In this document: piece by piece, positions 17,679 through 26,360 of the stretch | How the letters are laid out: every line of letters starts with the position of its first letter | Position numbering within the stretch: position 1 is the stretch's first letter | From: Candidatus Calditenuaceae archaeon | GTDB taxonomy: Archaea; Thermoproteota; Nitrososphaeria_A; Caldarchaeales; Calditenuaceae | Length of the DNA stretch: 64,000 nucleotides | Reading direction: 5' to 3' | Assembly (NCBI GenBank): GCA_025058225.1 | Contig: JANXEE010000017.1 | Coordinates: forward strand, 2,084 to 66,083 | Translations under genes and position numbers: made by a program | The notes under the pieces: model-generated | The model's database searches: none | The model's input: the letters and a program-made list of their open reading frames with translations, nothing else | What the model was told of the DNA's origin: nothing

Positions 17679-17819
17679 TCCCGGGACTAATTACCTTAAG
17701 GCTGCCATTAAGGATTTATCGCGTTAACTGTGCATCAGTAGACTTGCATTCAACCGAAATCACGACCACCTTCTGATCCTCAGCGCGTTCATTCACGAGC
17801 CACATAGGTTCTCCTCTCT

Positions 17820-17929
17820 CCAGTCTAGTTTTAATTTAGTAATCAGATGTATATTTTTGTATAAGGGACGTTACAACAATTATGTTTAATATCTGTGACG
17901 TATAATGTAATGAGTGAGGGGAAGGGGGA
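17820..17929. promoter_or_regulatory. AT-rich divergent promoter region with TATA-like boxes and a purine-rich SD-like element
   Basis: ttttaatttagtaat, atatttttgtataagg and cgtataatgtaat are followed by gaggggaagggggag immediately before the GTG at 17930. This is the most AT-rich stretch of the window. Confidence 0.45.
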
Positions 17930-19429
17930 GTGTCACAATCTCAGACCCTTAGCAGACGTAGTTTCCTCCAGGGTCTGGCCGCAGGAGTGGCTATCGGCGG
18001 TGTGGGAGTAGGCGGAGCCCTGACTGTGATGCGGGTGGCTGAGCCGATCTATTGGAAGATGCCGGAGAGGTGGGATCTCGAGGCTGATGTCGTGGTTGCG
18101 GGCTTCGGCGTTGCAGGAGCCTCAGCCGCCATCGAGGCTGCGGAAAACAAAGTATCGGTCATGGTCCTTGACAAGTCCCCCACACCCGGCGGCAACAGCG
18201 TAATGTCCGGTGGCAACATGGGAGTCATCAACTCATCCGTTCAGAGGGAGAGGGGCTTGTTGATGGAGCCAGCGGCATGGGGCCGTAGCGTGGTCCGGGT
18301 CATGAAGGAGACTCATTGGGAACAGATCTTTCCGACCGAGAGGGACATGAAGTACATTGAGAACTCCGGCAAGGAAGTCGGTGACTGGTTGAGGAACTTC
18401 GGAATAGAGTACGAGTTCGTGATACCGACGCTCCTAAGGAACAAGGGCGGCGGCCCGGCGTTGGTATCGGCCCTCCAGAAGGCCGCTAGGGAGAGAGGGG
18501 TCAGAGTCGAGACAGAGTTCAAAGTCATCCAGTTGGTGGCAAGACCCGACACCAATGCTGTCTTGGGGGTGGTCGGTGAGAAAGGAGGAAGCAGGCTGTT
18601 CGTTAAGGCCAGGAGAGGCGTAGTTCTTTCAACAGGACCCTTCTCGGCGAACAAGGAGATGTTGAAGCTCTACAGCCCCATCGGCTATCGGGCCCTCCCG
18701 ATAACGGCCGCGATCAGCACAGGTGAGGGGCTGATAATGGCTCAGGCATTGGGCGCCGCGGTGGCGAACCTCCATCACATAAGTGGGTTCCCGGCGATTC
18801 CAAAGGTAAACGCCAGGTTCAGACCTCAGGGGATCTCTGCCATCTTCGTCAACGAGAAAGGATACAGGTTCGTAAACGAAGCAGAGCACTTTGAGATATT
18901 GAACGACAAGATATTCTATCAGCCCGGGCATCACGCATGGTTGGTCACCGATAGTGAGCAGCTCAAGAAGAGCACGGGTAAGGGCATCAGCACGACGCTC
19001 TCCGAGGACCTGACGAGGGAGGTAGAACAGGGAGTGGTGTACAGGGCGCCCAGCCTGGAGGCCTTAGCAGATGCGATCAAAATCGATAGGAGCAGCTTCC
19101 TGAGAACCGTCAGGACATGGAACGAATGGGCGAAGGCGACAAAGGTCGATCCCGACTTCGGAAGGGTCGACTCACCGACGTTCACCTTCTCCCCCATAGA
19201 GAGCCCACCGTTCTACGCAGTCGAGCTGGTCCCGAGCATCTCTGGGACGAACGGAGGTCTGTTAGCTGATGGCGAGTCTCGCGTGCTCAGCGTCCACGGC
19301 AAACCCATTCCCCGCCTCTACGCGGCAGGTGACATCGTCGCGGGTGGGATGATCTCGCATCTCGGCGAGGCCATCTTCTTCGGTAGGATTGCAGGGAGGA
19401 ACGTCTCAAAGGAGCAGCCATGGAGTTAA
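17930..19429 (+). CDS. TAT-exported FAD-binding dehydrogenase (fumarate reductase/succinate dehydrogenase flavoprotein-like, Fcc3/KsdD family)
   Basis: Twin-arginine signal SRRSFLQG plus hydrophobic h-region. FAD fold VVVAGFGVAGASAA. GGNSVMSGGNMG resembles the FRD GGNS..AGG motif. C-terminal AAGDIVAGG block present. Confidence 0.7.
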   Translation: MSQSQTLSRRSFLQGLAAGVAIGGVGVGGALTVMRVAEPIYWKMPERWDLEADVVVAGFGVAGASAAIEAAENKVSVMVLDKSPTPGGNSVMSGGNMGVINSSVQRERGLLMEPAAWGRSVVRVMKETHWEQIFPTERDMKYIENSGKEVGDWLRNFGIEYEFVIPTLLRNKGGGPALVSALQKAARERGVRVETEFKVIQLVARPDTNAVLGVVGEKGGSRLFVKARRGVVLSTGPFSANKEMLKLYSPIGYRALPITAAISTGEGLIMAQALGAAVANLHHISGFPAIPKVNARFRPQGISAIFVNEKGYRFVNEAEHFEILNDKIFYQPGHHAWLVTDSEQLKKSTGKGISTTLSEDLTREVEQGVVYRAPSLEALADAIKIDRSSFLRTVRTWNEWAKATKVDPDFGRVDSPTFTFSPIESPPFYAVELVPSISGTNGGLLADGESRVLSVHGKPIPRLYAAGDIVAGGMISHLGEAIFFGRIAGRNVSKEQPWS

Positions 19430-20916
19430 GTTCCCGTGAAACATCAACAATTTTTTATCCCATTTTCAGGATACTATTAGCTCTGTTAATCTTGTCTCAG
19501 GCTTTTCTCTACGGTGCATCAGCCCAGCAGGTGGTCATCAGGGCCTACAGAGCTGAGGTCGTGCCGCAGATAGATGGGCTCATCTCGGAGGGAGAATGGG
19601 GTGACACCCCGCTCATCAGGGAGACCGTCACGAGGGCTCAGATCGCATTCAAACACGACGGTCAAAACCTCTACTTCCTTGCTGTGTACGAAGACGCAAG
19701 TCCTAAGCCAATAGACTACTACGCGCTCGAGTTTGATCCTGACGGAGACCAAGCACATATGGGGAGCGAGGAGATACCGGACTACGCGGTCATCGTGAGC
19801 TCGATCTACGGCGAAAACCATGCAAAGGAAGCGATTCTTCCTGGGGCGGTCAAACCGATACTCTACGAGGACCTGGGCCTGAAGACTCGGGCCATCGCTA
19901 AGATGTCATACCGTGATGGGAAGCAGGTCGTTGAGCTGAAGCGACCCTTCTCGCCTGACGAGAGGGGCATGATGGAACTCTCGATTGGCAAGACCGTCGG
20001 AGTGGGCTTCGCGGTCGGTGAGTTCGGAATGGGAATAGACCACAGGGCGACGGACATGTCGACGTACTTGCTTGTGATAGCTGAAGAGCGTTACGCCGGT
20101 CAGCCGGTGGTTGAGGTGTTCGATCTGTACGGCCTCGTCTCCACGTACGGTCCCTACGCTTGGTTCGCGGCCCTGGCGGGAGTCTTGGCCCACTTCGGGC
20201 GGAGGAAGGCTTGGAGACCCCCGAAGTACGAGCGATGGGTTACGGTCGAGAGGCACAACTGGGCCGGGAGGGCCTCCCATTGGATCAGAGTGGCTGCACT
20301 GACACTGATGATCGTCACCGGAATGGGGATTACGCTCAAACGAGCTCCGTTCGGCGCGCTCACCAGCGACGTCCACCTCTGGATGGCCTTCGTCATCCTG
20401 TTGGCGGATCTGCCGCTTCACGTTTACTCCCTTTGGCGGGACGAGTACAAGCACGTCCTCTTGATCAATAGGGACGACGTCTCTGTGACCATAACCATCG
20501 CAAAGAACTTCCTAGGGCTAACGAGGGCCTATCCGCCCCATGCGGTCTATGACCTCTCCACCGGCGATTATTACATGGGAAGGAAGTATTGTTCCCTGCA
20601 GAAGCCGCTCACTTGGTTCTATTTCGCTTCGATGTTCCTCATGGGTCTTACCGGGTTCGCGCTCGCCTATCCCTCCTTCTTCTCCTGGGTCTTCGCGCTT
20701 CTTGGCGGTAGTCTCAACGTAAGGGCCGTTCACCTGCTGCTGTTCTATCTCTTCACAGCGGTCTTCTTCGTGCACATTTACCTCTCGTTAATACCCGCGA
20801 ACTGGAACAGACTGGTTGCCATAGTGAGGGGTAAGTGCAGAATTCCAGTGCTTTCAACGCCAGAGTCGAGTAATGTCGAAGTCGCCGAAGTGAAAGACGT
20901 GAGAGATGGAAGTTGA
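19420..20916 (+). CDS. Signal-peptide + DOMON/CBM9/EB_dh-like heme domain fused to a b-type cytochrome (Ni/Fe-hydrogenase/formate dehydrogenase cytochrome b-like) membrane domain
   Basis: N-terminal signal peptide. QIDGLISEGEWGDT matches the start of EB_dh/DOMON/CBM9-like domains. C-terminal half has 4-5 TM helices with RHNWAGRASHWIRVAALTLMIVTG, the R..HW...TG b-cytochrome signature. Overlaps the upstream flavoprotein gene by 10 nt. Confidence 0.6.
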   Translation: MELSSRETSTIFYPIFRILLALLILSQAFLYGASAQQVVIRAYRAEVVPQIDGLISEGEWGDTPLIRETVTRAQIAFKHDGQNLYFLAVYEDASPKPIDYYALEFDPDGDQAHMGSEEIPDYAVIVSSIYGENHAKEAILPGAVKPILYEDLGLKTRAIAKMSYRDGKQVVELKRPFSPDERGMMELSIGKTVGVGFAVGEFGMGIDHRATDMSTYLLVIAEERYAGQPVVEVFDLYGLVSTYGPYAWFAALAGVLAHFGRRKAWRPPKYERWVTVERHNWAGRASHWIRVAALTLMIVTGMGITLKRAPFGALTSDVHLWMAFVILLADLPLHVYSLWRDEYKHVLLINRDDVSVTITIAKNFLGLTRAYPPHAVYDLSTGDYYMGRKYCSLQKPLTWFYFASMFLMGLTGFALAYPSFFSWVFALLGGSLNVRAVHLLLFYLFTAVFFVHIYLSLIPANWNRLVAIVRGKCRIPVLSTPESSNVEVAEVKDVRDGS

Positions 20917-21139
20917 GGAATCCGACCCCCTGATGACCCTCACCATCTCCCCAAACGAAGTATCTTATATTTTCGTTGTCTTAAGATAATGCTTATCTTC
21001 GCATCCTCAGGGAGTAGGAGTGAAAAACTGGAACGTGGACCGCATCAGCTGAAGAGAGAAGCCGAGGAAGTGCTTGCTCCTCTGAGAGGTCGGAGTCCTC
21101 ACTTCCTTTGAGATCTGTATGAACCTCGCTGAGAGGTTG

Positions 21140-21177
21140 AAAGACGTATATAGGGAGGGGAGTGTCCAGTTGGGACG
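21140..21177 (+). promoter_or_regulatory. TATA box (acgtatataggg) and SD-like ggaggggagtg upstream of the nuoD-like gene
   Basis: tatata lies 25-30 bp upstream of the ATG at 21178, with a purine-rich element 11-21 bp upstream. Confidence 0.4.
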
Positions 21178-22398
21178 ATGACCGAGGAGCCCGAAGTGAG
21201 AGAGGTCTCAATCTTTGAGGCCGCAGAGGGGCTCGTCTTCTCCTACGGTCCCCAGCACCCGGGCACCGGTCACTTCAGGATGATCGTCAGGGTCATCGGC
21301 GACACGGTTCTCGAGCTTGACCCGGACCCGGGGTTCGTCCACAGGGGAGAGGAGAAGATGTGCGAGTACAAGACGTGGATAACCAACATACCCCACCTCG
21401 AGAGGCCCGCGATCCTTGACTCTGCTGGGATGCTCTATCCCTACTGCCTCGCTGTCGAACGGCTGATGGGGGTTGAACCGCCGGAGCGGGCCAAGTACAT
21501 CAGGCCTCTGGTCGCGGAGCTGAACAGGATCGGGTCCCACTTCTACTACTTTGCCCTCTACGGGGTCTTCCTGGGGTTGACGACGCCTTTCCTGTGGTGC
21601 TTCGGTGATCGGGAGTTCGTGGTGGACCTGGTTCAGTTCATCGGCGGCCAGAGAATAACCCATTCCTACTTCGAGCCCGGAGGCGTGAGGAACGACGTGC
21701 CGAAGAAGGTGCCCGCGGAGCTGGTACAGAGGTTCAGGGCCTGGTACAGAGACGCGACTGGCAGGTCTCCCAAGGACGGAGAGCTGTCTGATGACTTTCC
21801 CAAATACGTCCTGAGGGTAATGGAGTTCCTCGAGTCGAGGCTCGAGAACTACAAGGACCTGATCCTGGAGAACGCGGTCTTCATCGACAGGACCAAGGGC
21901 GTCGGAGTGCTGACCAAGGAGATGGCGGCGGAGCTCGGAGCGGTCGGCGTCAGCCTCAGGGCCTCTGGGTTCAGGAGGGACGTGCGGATCGATGAGCCCT
22001 ACGACGCGTATTCCAAATTCAAGTTCGAGGTCCCGGTCAGAACCGAGGGTGATTCGTACGCTAGGGCGTGGATCGCGTATGAGGAGATGCTCCAGAGCGT
22101 CAACATCATCCGACAGGCTATCGAGACGATGCCTGAAGGCCCTGTGAAGAACAAGCAGCACCCGATCAACCTGAGGGTGCCCTCTGGTGAGGCCGTCGCG
22201 AGGGTTGAGGCCGCTCACGGTGAGATGACCTATTACGTGCGGTCCGATGCTGCAGATAGGCCCTATAGGGTCAGGATCATGACCCCGTCCTTCAGGAACT
22301 TGCTGCTGGTTCCCTACCTGACAAAGGGGAAGAGGATCGCGGACGTCCCCGTGACCTATTGGAGCCACAACATGTGGCCGGTGGAGTGGGACCGGTAG
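21178..22398 (+). CDS. NuoD-like protein (complex I 49-kDa subunit/[NiFe]-hydrogenase large-subunit fold lacking Ni-binding cysteines)
   Basis: GPQHPGTGHFRMIV, GFVHRGEEK, ERAKYIRPLVAELNRIGSH and C-terminal SFRNLLLVPYL align to NuoD. No CxxC metal-site motifs. No nuoB/nuoC flank it. Confidence 0.8.
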   Translation: MTEEPEVREVSIFEAAEGLVFSYGPQHPGTGHFRMIVRVIGDTVLELDPDPGFVHRGEEKMCEYKTWITNIPHLERPAILDSAGMLYPYCLAVERLMGVEPPERAKYIRPLVAELNRIGSHFYYFALYGVFLGLTTPFLWCFGDREFVVDLVQFIGGQRITHSYFEPGGVRNDVPKKVPAELVQRFRAWYRDATGRSPKDGELSDDFPKYVLRVMEFLESRLENYKDLILENAVFIDRTKGVGVLTKEMAAELGAVGVSLRASGFRRDVRIDEPYDAYSKFKFEVPVRTEGDSYARAWIAYEEMLQSVNIIRQAIETMPEGPVKNKQHPINLRVPSGEAVARVEAAHGEMTYYVRSDAADRPYRVRIMTPSFRNLLLVPYLTKGKRIADVPVTYWSHNMWPVEWDR

Positions 22399-22399
22399 C

Positions 22400-22939
22400 T
22401 CAGACCCTCAGCGCCACCATCTCCTCGAGCAGTAACAGCTCATACATCTCCACACCCTCGGACCTAGGGAATCGGGCCACTTTCGTTGGGTCAACACCGT
22501 ATCGCGCCAGCAGGTCTTCAGCCCTTCCCCTGAAGGTCAGTTCCGGTGCCAGCTTCCCCTTCAGGCCCTCTACTACCGAGCTGAGGGCTTCGCTGGGATT
22601 GACCTCGGCCCTCGAGACTATCAGAACCCCCACCTCCTTCGATCCCTCCCTCACGCCCGCCCTTCTAAGGGCCTCCTCGATCTGGGTTGAGCACGCCAGA
22701 TACCTCAGCACCTCAACCTCTACTCTCTTGGCTCTGTTGGTACCCGAGAGGAACGAATCGATTGCGCACATGAACGCCAGCACGATGTGCCTTTCAGAGG
22801 CCACCGCGTCCGGGTTGTAAAGCTGAACCCAGACATCCCCCTCGGGTCTCAGGTCCGCAAGCGCACCAACAGGGTCCTCTACGCCCGCCCTTACACCGCA
22901 GGCCATCACCCTGTATCCGCCATAGGACTCCGAGATCAT
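22400..22939 (-). CDS. cgi121: KEOPS complex subunit Cgi121
   Basis: The segment HIVLAFMCAIDSF...AKRVEVEVLRYLACSTQIEEALRRAGV...VGVLIV follows the archaeal Cgi121 pattern. Length 150-180 aa. Confidence 0.55.
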   Translation of the reverse strand: MISESYGGYRVMACGVRAGVEDPVGALADLRPEGDVWVQLYNPDAVASERHIVLAFMCAIDSFLSGTNRAKRVEVEVLRYLACSTQIEEALRRAGVREGSKEVGVLIVSRAEVNPSEALSSVVEGLKGKLAPELTFRGRAEDLLARYGVDPTKVARFPRSEGVEMYELLLLEEMVALRV

Positions 22940-23025
22940 CAGTTCACTAGGTCTCGATGGCCCTTTTACCAGTTTCTGAGGCCAGCTGATAAGCTCAATA
23001 AACGCCCATCAGTCGGTAAACGAGA

Positions 23026-24099
23026 GTGAAGTCTGTAGGGATCAAGGGCCTCCATCACGTAACCTTGGTGACTGGCAACTATCAGGTGAACTCCACGTTC
23101 TATGTGGAGCTGATGGGCCTCAGGAGGGTGAAGCTCTCCGTTAACCAAGACGACGTCTATCACAGGCACGCCTTTTACGCCAATCCTACTTCGACCGTTG
23201 GAAGCACGATCACGTTCTTCGAGTGGCCTCATTTAGCCCGAGGACATCCGGGACTCGGGGTGCCGCATCACATCGCCTATCGCGTCAGGTCCGCTGAGTC
23301 TCTCAGTTCGTGGTACTGGTGGTTGAAGAGCAGATCCGTTCCGGTAGCAGGACCCTTTGAGAGGTTCTACGGGTTCTCAATCTACGTGTGCGACCCTGAT
23401 GGTGCGATCGTTGAGATCGTCACACCGAAGGACGGCCTGAACCTGGATTACGTGAAGGAGCTCTTGAACAGGGGAATCGAGGTGAAGCACATCGACGACG
23501 AGATGAAGCTGATAGCTTTCGACCACGCGACCATCATAGGTCAGGACGCCGAGCTCGTCTGTCGGTTCTACGAGAAGTTCGTGGGAGTTTCGACTTGGGA
23601 GAAGGTCATCGACGAAGGTGGAAGGACATACCTCGTCGCTTTAGATGACGAGCGTAACGCGTATCTGCACTACCTCATTCCTAATGAAGCGGACTACGGC
23701 CTGGTCGGGAGAGGTGCGATTCATCACGTGGCGTTCGCGGTCGACGATGAGCTCGATCAGCGGTCCATCATGAGACGCCTCAACTCCGTTAACCTCTCCA
23801 ACTCTGGAATAGTCGACAGGTTCTGGTTCAGATCGCTCTATTTCAGGGACCCAGATGGAAACCTACTGGAGGTCGCAACAGTGGGACCTGGTTATGCGGT
23901 GGATGAGCCTTGGGACCAGCTGGGGAACAAACTGGTGTTACCGCCGTGGATAGAGTCTATGAGGCCGGAGATCGAAGAGGCCCTCGCAAAGCTCGATTCG
24001 GACAACCCGTTCAGATGGCCTCCAGATTTTCCCGTTTTACCTGAGGACCCAGAAGTCTACCCGCCGAGCCAAACCCGATCGAATACGCTTAATACATGA
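23026..24099 (+). CDS. Two-domain VOC/glyoxalase-family protein (ring-cleaving extradiol dioxygenase-like)
   Basis: Two glyoxalase/bleomycin-resistance modules: GLHHVTLVTGNY...HIAYRV and ..HHVAFAVDD..RDPDGNLLEV. Confidence 0.65.
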   Translation: MKSVGIKGLHHVTLVTGNYQVNSTFYVELMGLRRVKLSVNQDDVYHRHAFYANPTSTVGSTITFFEWPHLARGHPGLGVPHHIAYRVRSAESLSSWYWWLKSRSVPVAGPFERFYGFSIYVCDPDGAIVEIVTPKDGLNLDYVKELLNRGIEVKHIDDEMKLIAFDHATIIGQDAELVCRFYEKFVGVSTWEKVIDEGGRTYLVALDDERNAYLHYLIPNEADYGLVGRGAIHHVAFAVDDELDQRSIMRRLNSVNLSNSGIVDRFWFRSLYFRDPDGNLLEVATVGPGYAVDEPWDQLGNKLVLPPWIESMRPEIEEALAKLDSDNPFRWPPDFPVLPEDPEVYPPSQTRSNTLNT

Positions 24100-24872
24100 T
24101 GAACTGTAGAGAGCACGTGTCGCTGAGGCTGACCGGTAAAGCAGCCGAGGGCGCTCCGACGCTCGTCGGCTTACCGGATGTGGGACTCGTGGGGACGATC
24201 GCGACCTCCTACATCGTCGCTAACTCGGACTCGAAGTTCGTAGGGAGCATCGACCTCGAGGGTGCTCCACCGGTGGTCGTGGTGCAGGATGGTAAGATAT
24301 TGGACCCGATAAGGCTCTACAGGGTCGAAGTCTCGGGCAGGCCGACCTTCTCTGTCGTCTACTCAGACATTCCAGTCTTCCCACAGCTCATCTGGTCAAC
24401 CGCAAAGGGAATAGTGGACTTCGCCGTTGAAACGTCGTCTGAGCTGATCGTGTCTCTTGGAGGCGTTCCGGAGCCCAACAGGTTCGAGATCGAAAGGCCG
24501 AGGGTCTTCGTCGTCTCAAACGATAGGCAGCTTGCCGAGGACCTAGCTAAGAAGGGTGGGGCAGAGCCCTTCGAGACCGGGTTCATAACTGGACACAACG
24601 CAGCCCTGATCAAAGTTGGCACCGAGCGGGGACTCAAGATTCTGTTGGTGCTGGCTCAATCCCACCTCCAGTACCCCGATCCTGGAGCATCTGCGGAGAT
24701 CCTCACGTTCATCAATAAGGTCTTCAAGACGACGTACGACGTCCAGCCTCTGATTGAGCAGGCCGACTCAATCAGGCTGCAGCTGAGAGACCTCATGAGG
24801 AGAACAGCGGTCAGCATGTCAAAGATCCCGAAGGGGTTGGAACTCGAGGCTCCGCCCGGATATATCAGGTGA
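24096..24872 (+). CDS. PAC2-family proteasome assembly chaperone-like protein (PbaA/PbaB-like)
   Basis: TLVGLPDVGLVGTIATSYIV resembles the PAC2 N-terminal glycine-rich motif. Length is about 258 aa. ATGA overlap with the upstream gene. Confidence 0.45.
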   Translation: MMNCREHVSLRLTGKAAEGAPTLVGLPDVGLVGTIATSYIVANSDSKFVGSIDLEGAPPVVVVQDGKILDPIRLYRVEVSGRPTFSVVYSDIPVFPQLIWSTAKGIVDFAVETSSELIVSLGGVPEPNRFEIERPRVFVVSNDRQLAEDLAKKGGAEPFETGFITGHNAALIKVGTERGLKILLVLAQSHLQYPDPGASAEILTFINKVFKTTYDVQPLIEQADSIRLQLRDLMRRTAVSMSKIPKGLELEAPPGYIR

Positions 24873-25383
24873 CTTGAGACCTCAATTCTTTATAAATCCT
24901 CCGATAGTATAACATTGTAAATAGCACTATAAGAAATACGATCGTTAATGACAACGTAATAAAAGGCATCGAGGGGAAGAACTCGGTCCTAGCGGCCTCT
25001 ATAATGATATGAACAAGCGGTAAGAAGAACACCAAATTCAGCATAAGTATGGATGCAGGCAATGGTATGAAGGCCCTGTCGATGTATGTCTTTCTCAGTT
25101 GGGGAGAAAGCTTTCCTATCAAGATAGCCAGCGCAGGTAGGTTGACTAAGTACGGGTAACGCTCGACGATCGTGTGGCGTTTGATCGAGAGCACCGAGGT
25201 GAAAATCGTCACGGAGGACAGTATCGCAACCAGCAGGACGAGCATCGATAGGAGCTCCGACTTTGGAGCGTATCTCGTAGGCCTGCCGGCAAAGTCGAAG
25301 TCGATCGCTACTCTCTCGGGAAGGGATTCATAGCTCAAAAGTGCATAGGCTGCAACGGCCGCTGATGCGATTAAGCTCGCCAT
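24865..25383 (-). CDS. Polytopic membrane protein, hypothetical
   Basis: 172 aa with 4-5 TM helices. GC content is notably lower than its surroundings. Confidence 0.5.
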   Translation of the reverse strand: MASLIASAAVAAYALLSYESLPERVAIDFDFAGRPTRYAPKSELLSMLVLLVAILSSVTIFTSVLSIKRHTIVERYPYLVNLPALAILIGKLSPQLRKTYIDRAFIPLPASILMLNLVFFLPLVHIIIEAARTEFFPSMPFITLSLTIVFLIVLFTMLYYRRIYKELRSQVT

Positions 25384-25431
25384 CGCTAAAGCCCTGACGA
25401 GGTCAGAGGCGTTCGAGGTTATTCACCGAGT

Positions 25432-25920
25432 TCACGTGTGCTTCCCCGAGATAAGGGCTACCACCCTCTCGGCCCCCGAACGGCTCAACCTGTATGTCCC
25501 CTCAGTCTCCCTTATCAGGAGGCCGTCCTTGGCGAGCTCGGCGATTCTGGCGACGACGCTGCCGTAGTTGACAGGGAAGCCGTCGTTCCTGAGGAACTCG
25601 TATACCTCGATGGGTTTCATCGATCTCCTCCCCCTCAGGTCCCATGCGTAGTATGTCAGTATAATCTGGTCCTTCAGCGAAAGGTCCCTCGCCAGTGTGC
25701 CCATGTGGGGCACTTCGCCCATCAGGTCCAACCACCCCTCGAGGTCTATGCCGGGGGCCACCGCAGTCTGCTTCCTGATCGTCTCCATCGCTTCGAGAAC
25801 TGCCTTGTGAACCTCCAGGAGTCTCTCGGCGGTCAGCTCGGTCACGTCCTCAACCTCGACTTCGTAAGCGAATTCCCTTTGAAGAGGGATCCTTACCCTT
25901 ACTTTCATACGTTTATACAA
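25432..25920 (-). CDS. Hypothetical protein with C-terminal winged-helix-like domain
   Basis: 162 aa. C-terminal VYEFLRNDGFPVNYGSVVARIAELAKDGLLIRETEGTYRLS looks like a wHTH module. Confidence 0.45.
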   Translation of the reverse strand: MYKRMKVRVRIPLQREFAYEVEVEDVTELTAERLLEVHKAVLEAMETIRKQTAVAPGIDLEGWLDLMGEVPHMGTLARDLSLKDQIILTYYAWDLRGRRSMKPIEVYEFLRNDGFPVNYGSVVARIAELAKDGLLIRETEGTYRLSRSGAERVVALISGKHT

Positions 25921-26067
25921 CTACAATACTACTTACTATATTTTACCGGCGGTAATCACCGCAGCCCTTTCGGGCGGATGGATGAGTCTCTGGCGTCAGA
26001 CGTACCCGTTGGGTCTTACTGCACGCGCCTCGTTTCATTTGACCGACTCGCGAGCAGCACTGGGTAT

Positions 26068-26121
26068 GACATTGAAGGGTTGTGTTGGTGAACAGAAGGT
26101 CTCAGATTGAAGGGTTATGTG
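26068..26121. repeat. Tandem 18-bp direct repeat ATTGAAGGGTT(G/A)TGT(T/G)GG, spaced 35 bp apart
   Basis: attgaagggttgtgttgg at 26071-26088 and attgaagggttatgtggg at 26106-26123. The 12-mer gattgaagggtt also occurs at 30899-30910 on the LeuRS start. Confidence 0.5.
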
Positions 26122-26360
26122 GGCAGCTCAGCTCCCCAAAGAGGGCGGAATTTACCTTTGACTGTGACTACACGTTGGGACGTGGTAATTTTCCGTGTTG
26201 AGTTTATTATCGGGGCCGCTGTCAAGTAGGTCGTGGCGGCCGAGTCCGAACTGCGTAGGGAAGTCGAACGCATAATCGCTGAAGCTAAGAGTTCGATCGA
26301 AGAGTTCAAGGTTAAACTCCGTGAAGAGGCGAAGTCCATAGGCAAGAGGGCGCTCAAACA

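Noticed and set aside
17911-17935. Shared GGGGAGTGTC motif upstream of the flavoprotein gene and the nuoD-like gene (21157-21167) as a possible co-regulation site
   Set aside because: Both occurrences sit at Shine-Dalgarno distance or on the start codon and are purine-rich GGAGG-type sequences. More simply explained as ribosome-binding sites.
20917-21177. Possible C/D-box sRNA or structured leader (tgatga at 20930, palindrome cctctgagagg, inverted repeats gaggaagtg/cacttcctt) and a 72-aa minus ORF (20993-21211)
   Set aside because: No correctly spaced D/D' (CUGA) boxes pair with the C-like box, and the 72-aa ORF is low-complexity. The hairpins may simply terminate the upstream transcript, so this was left unannotated.
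21208-22368. 386-aa minus-strand ORF antisense to the NuoD-like gene
   Set aside because: Arg/Pro/Gly/His-rich, low-complexity translation typical of antisense frames in high-GC DNA. The plus-strand frame has strong NuoD homology.
25438-26091. 217-aa plus-strand ORF overlapping the wHTH gene
   Set aside because: Low-complexity translation. The minus-strand ORF has protein-like composition and a winged-helix-like C-terminus.
25921-26230. Suspected RNase P RNA or SRP RNA in the non-coding stretch (ACAGAAGG element, several GC hairpins)
   Set aside because: Lacks the conserved P4 GAGGAAAGUCC and CCGGCUUA elements of RNase P RNA and any recognisable SRP helix-8 motif. Kept only as a repeat/regulatory observation.
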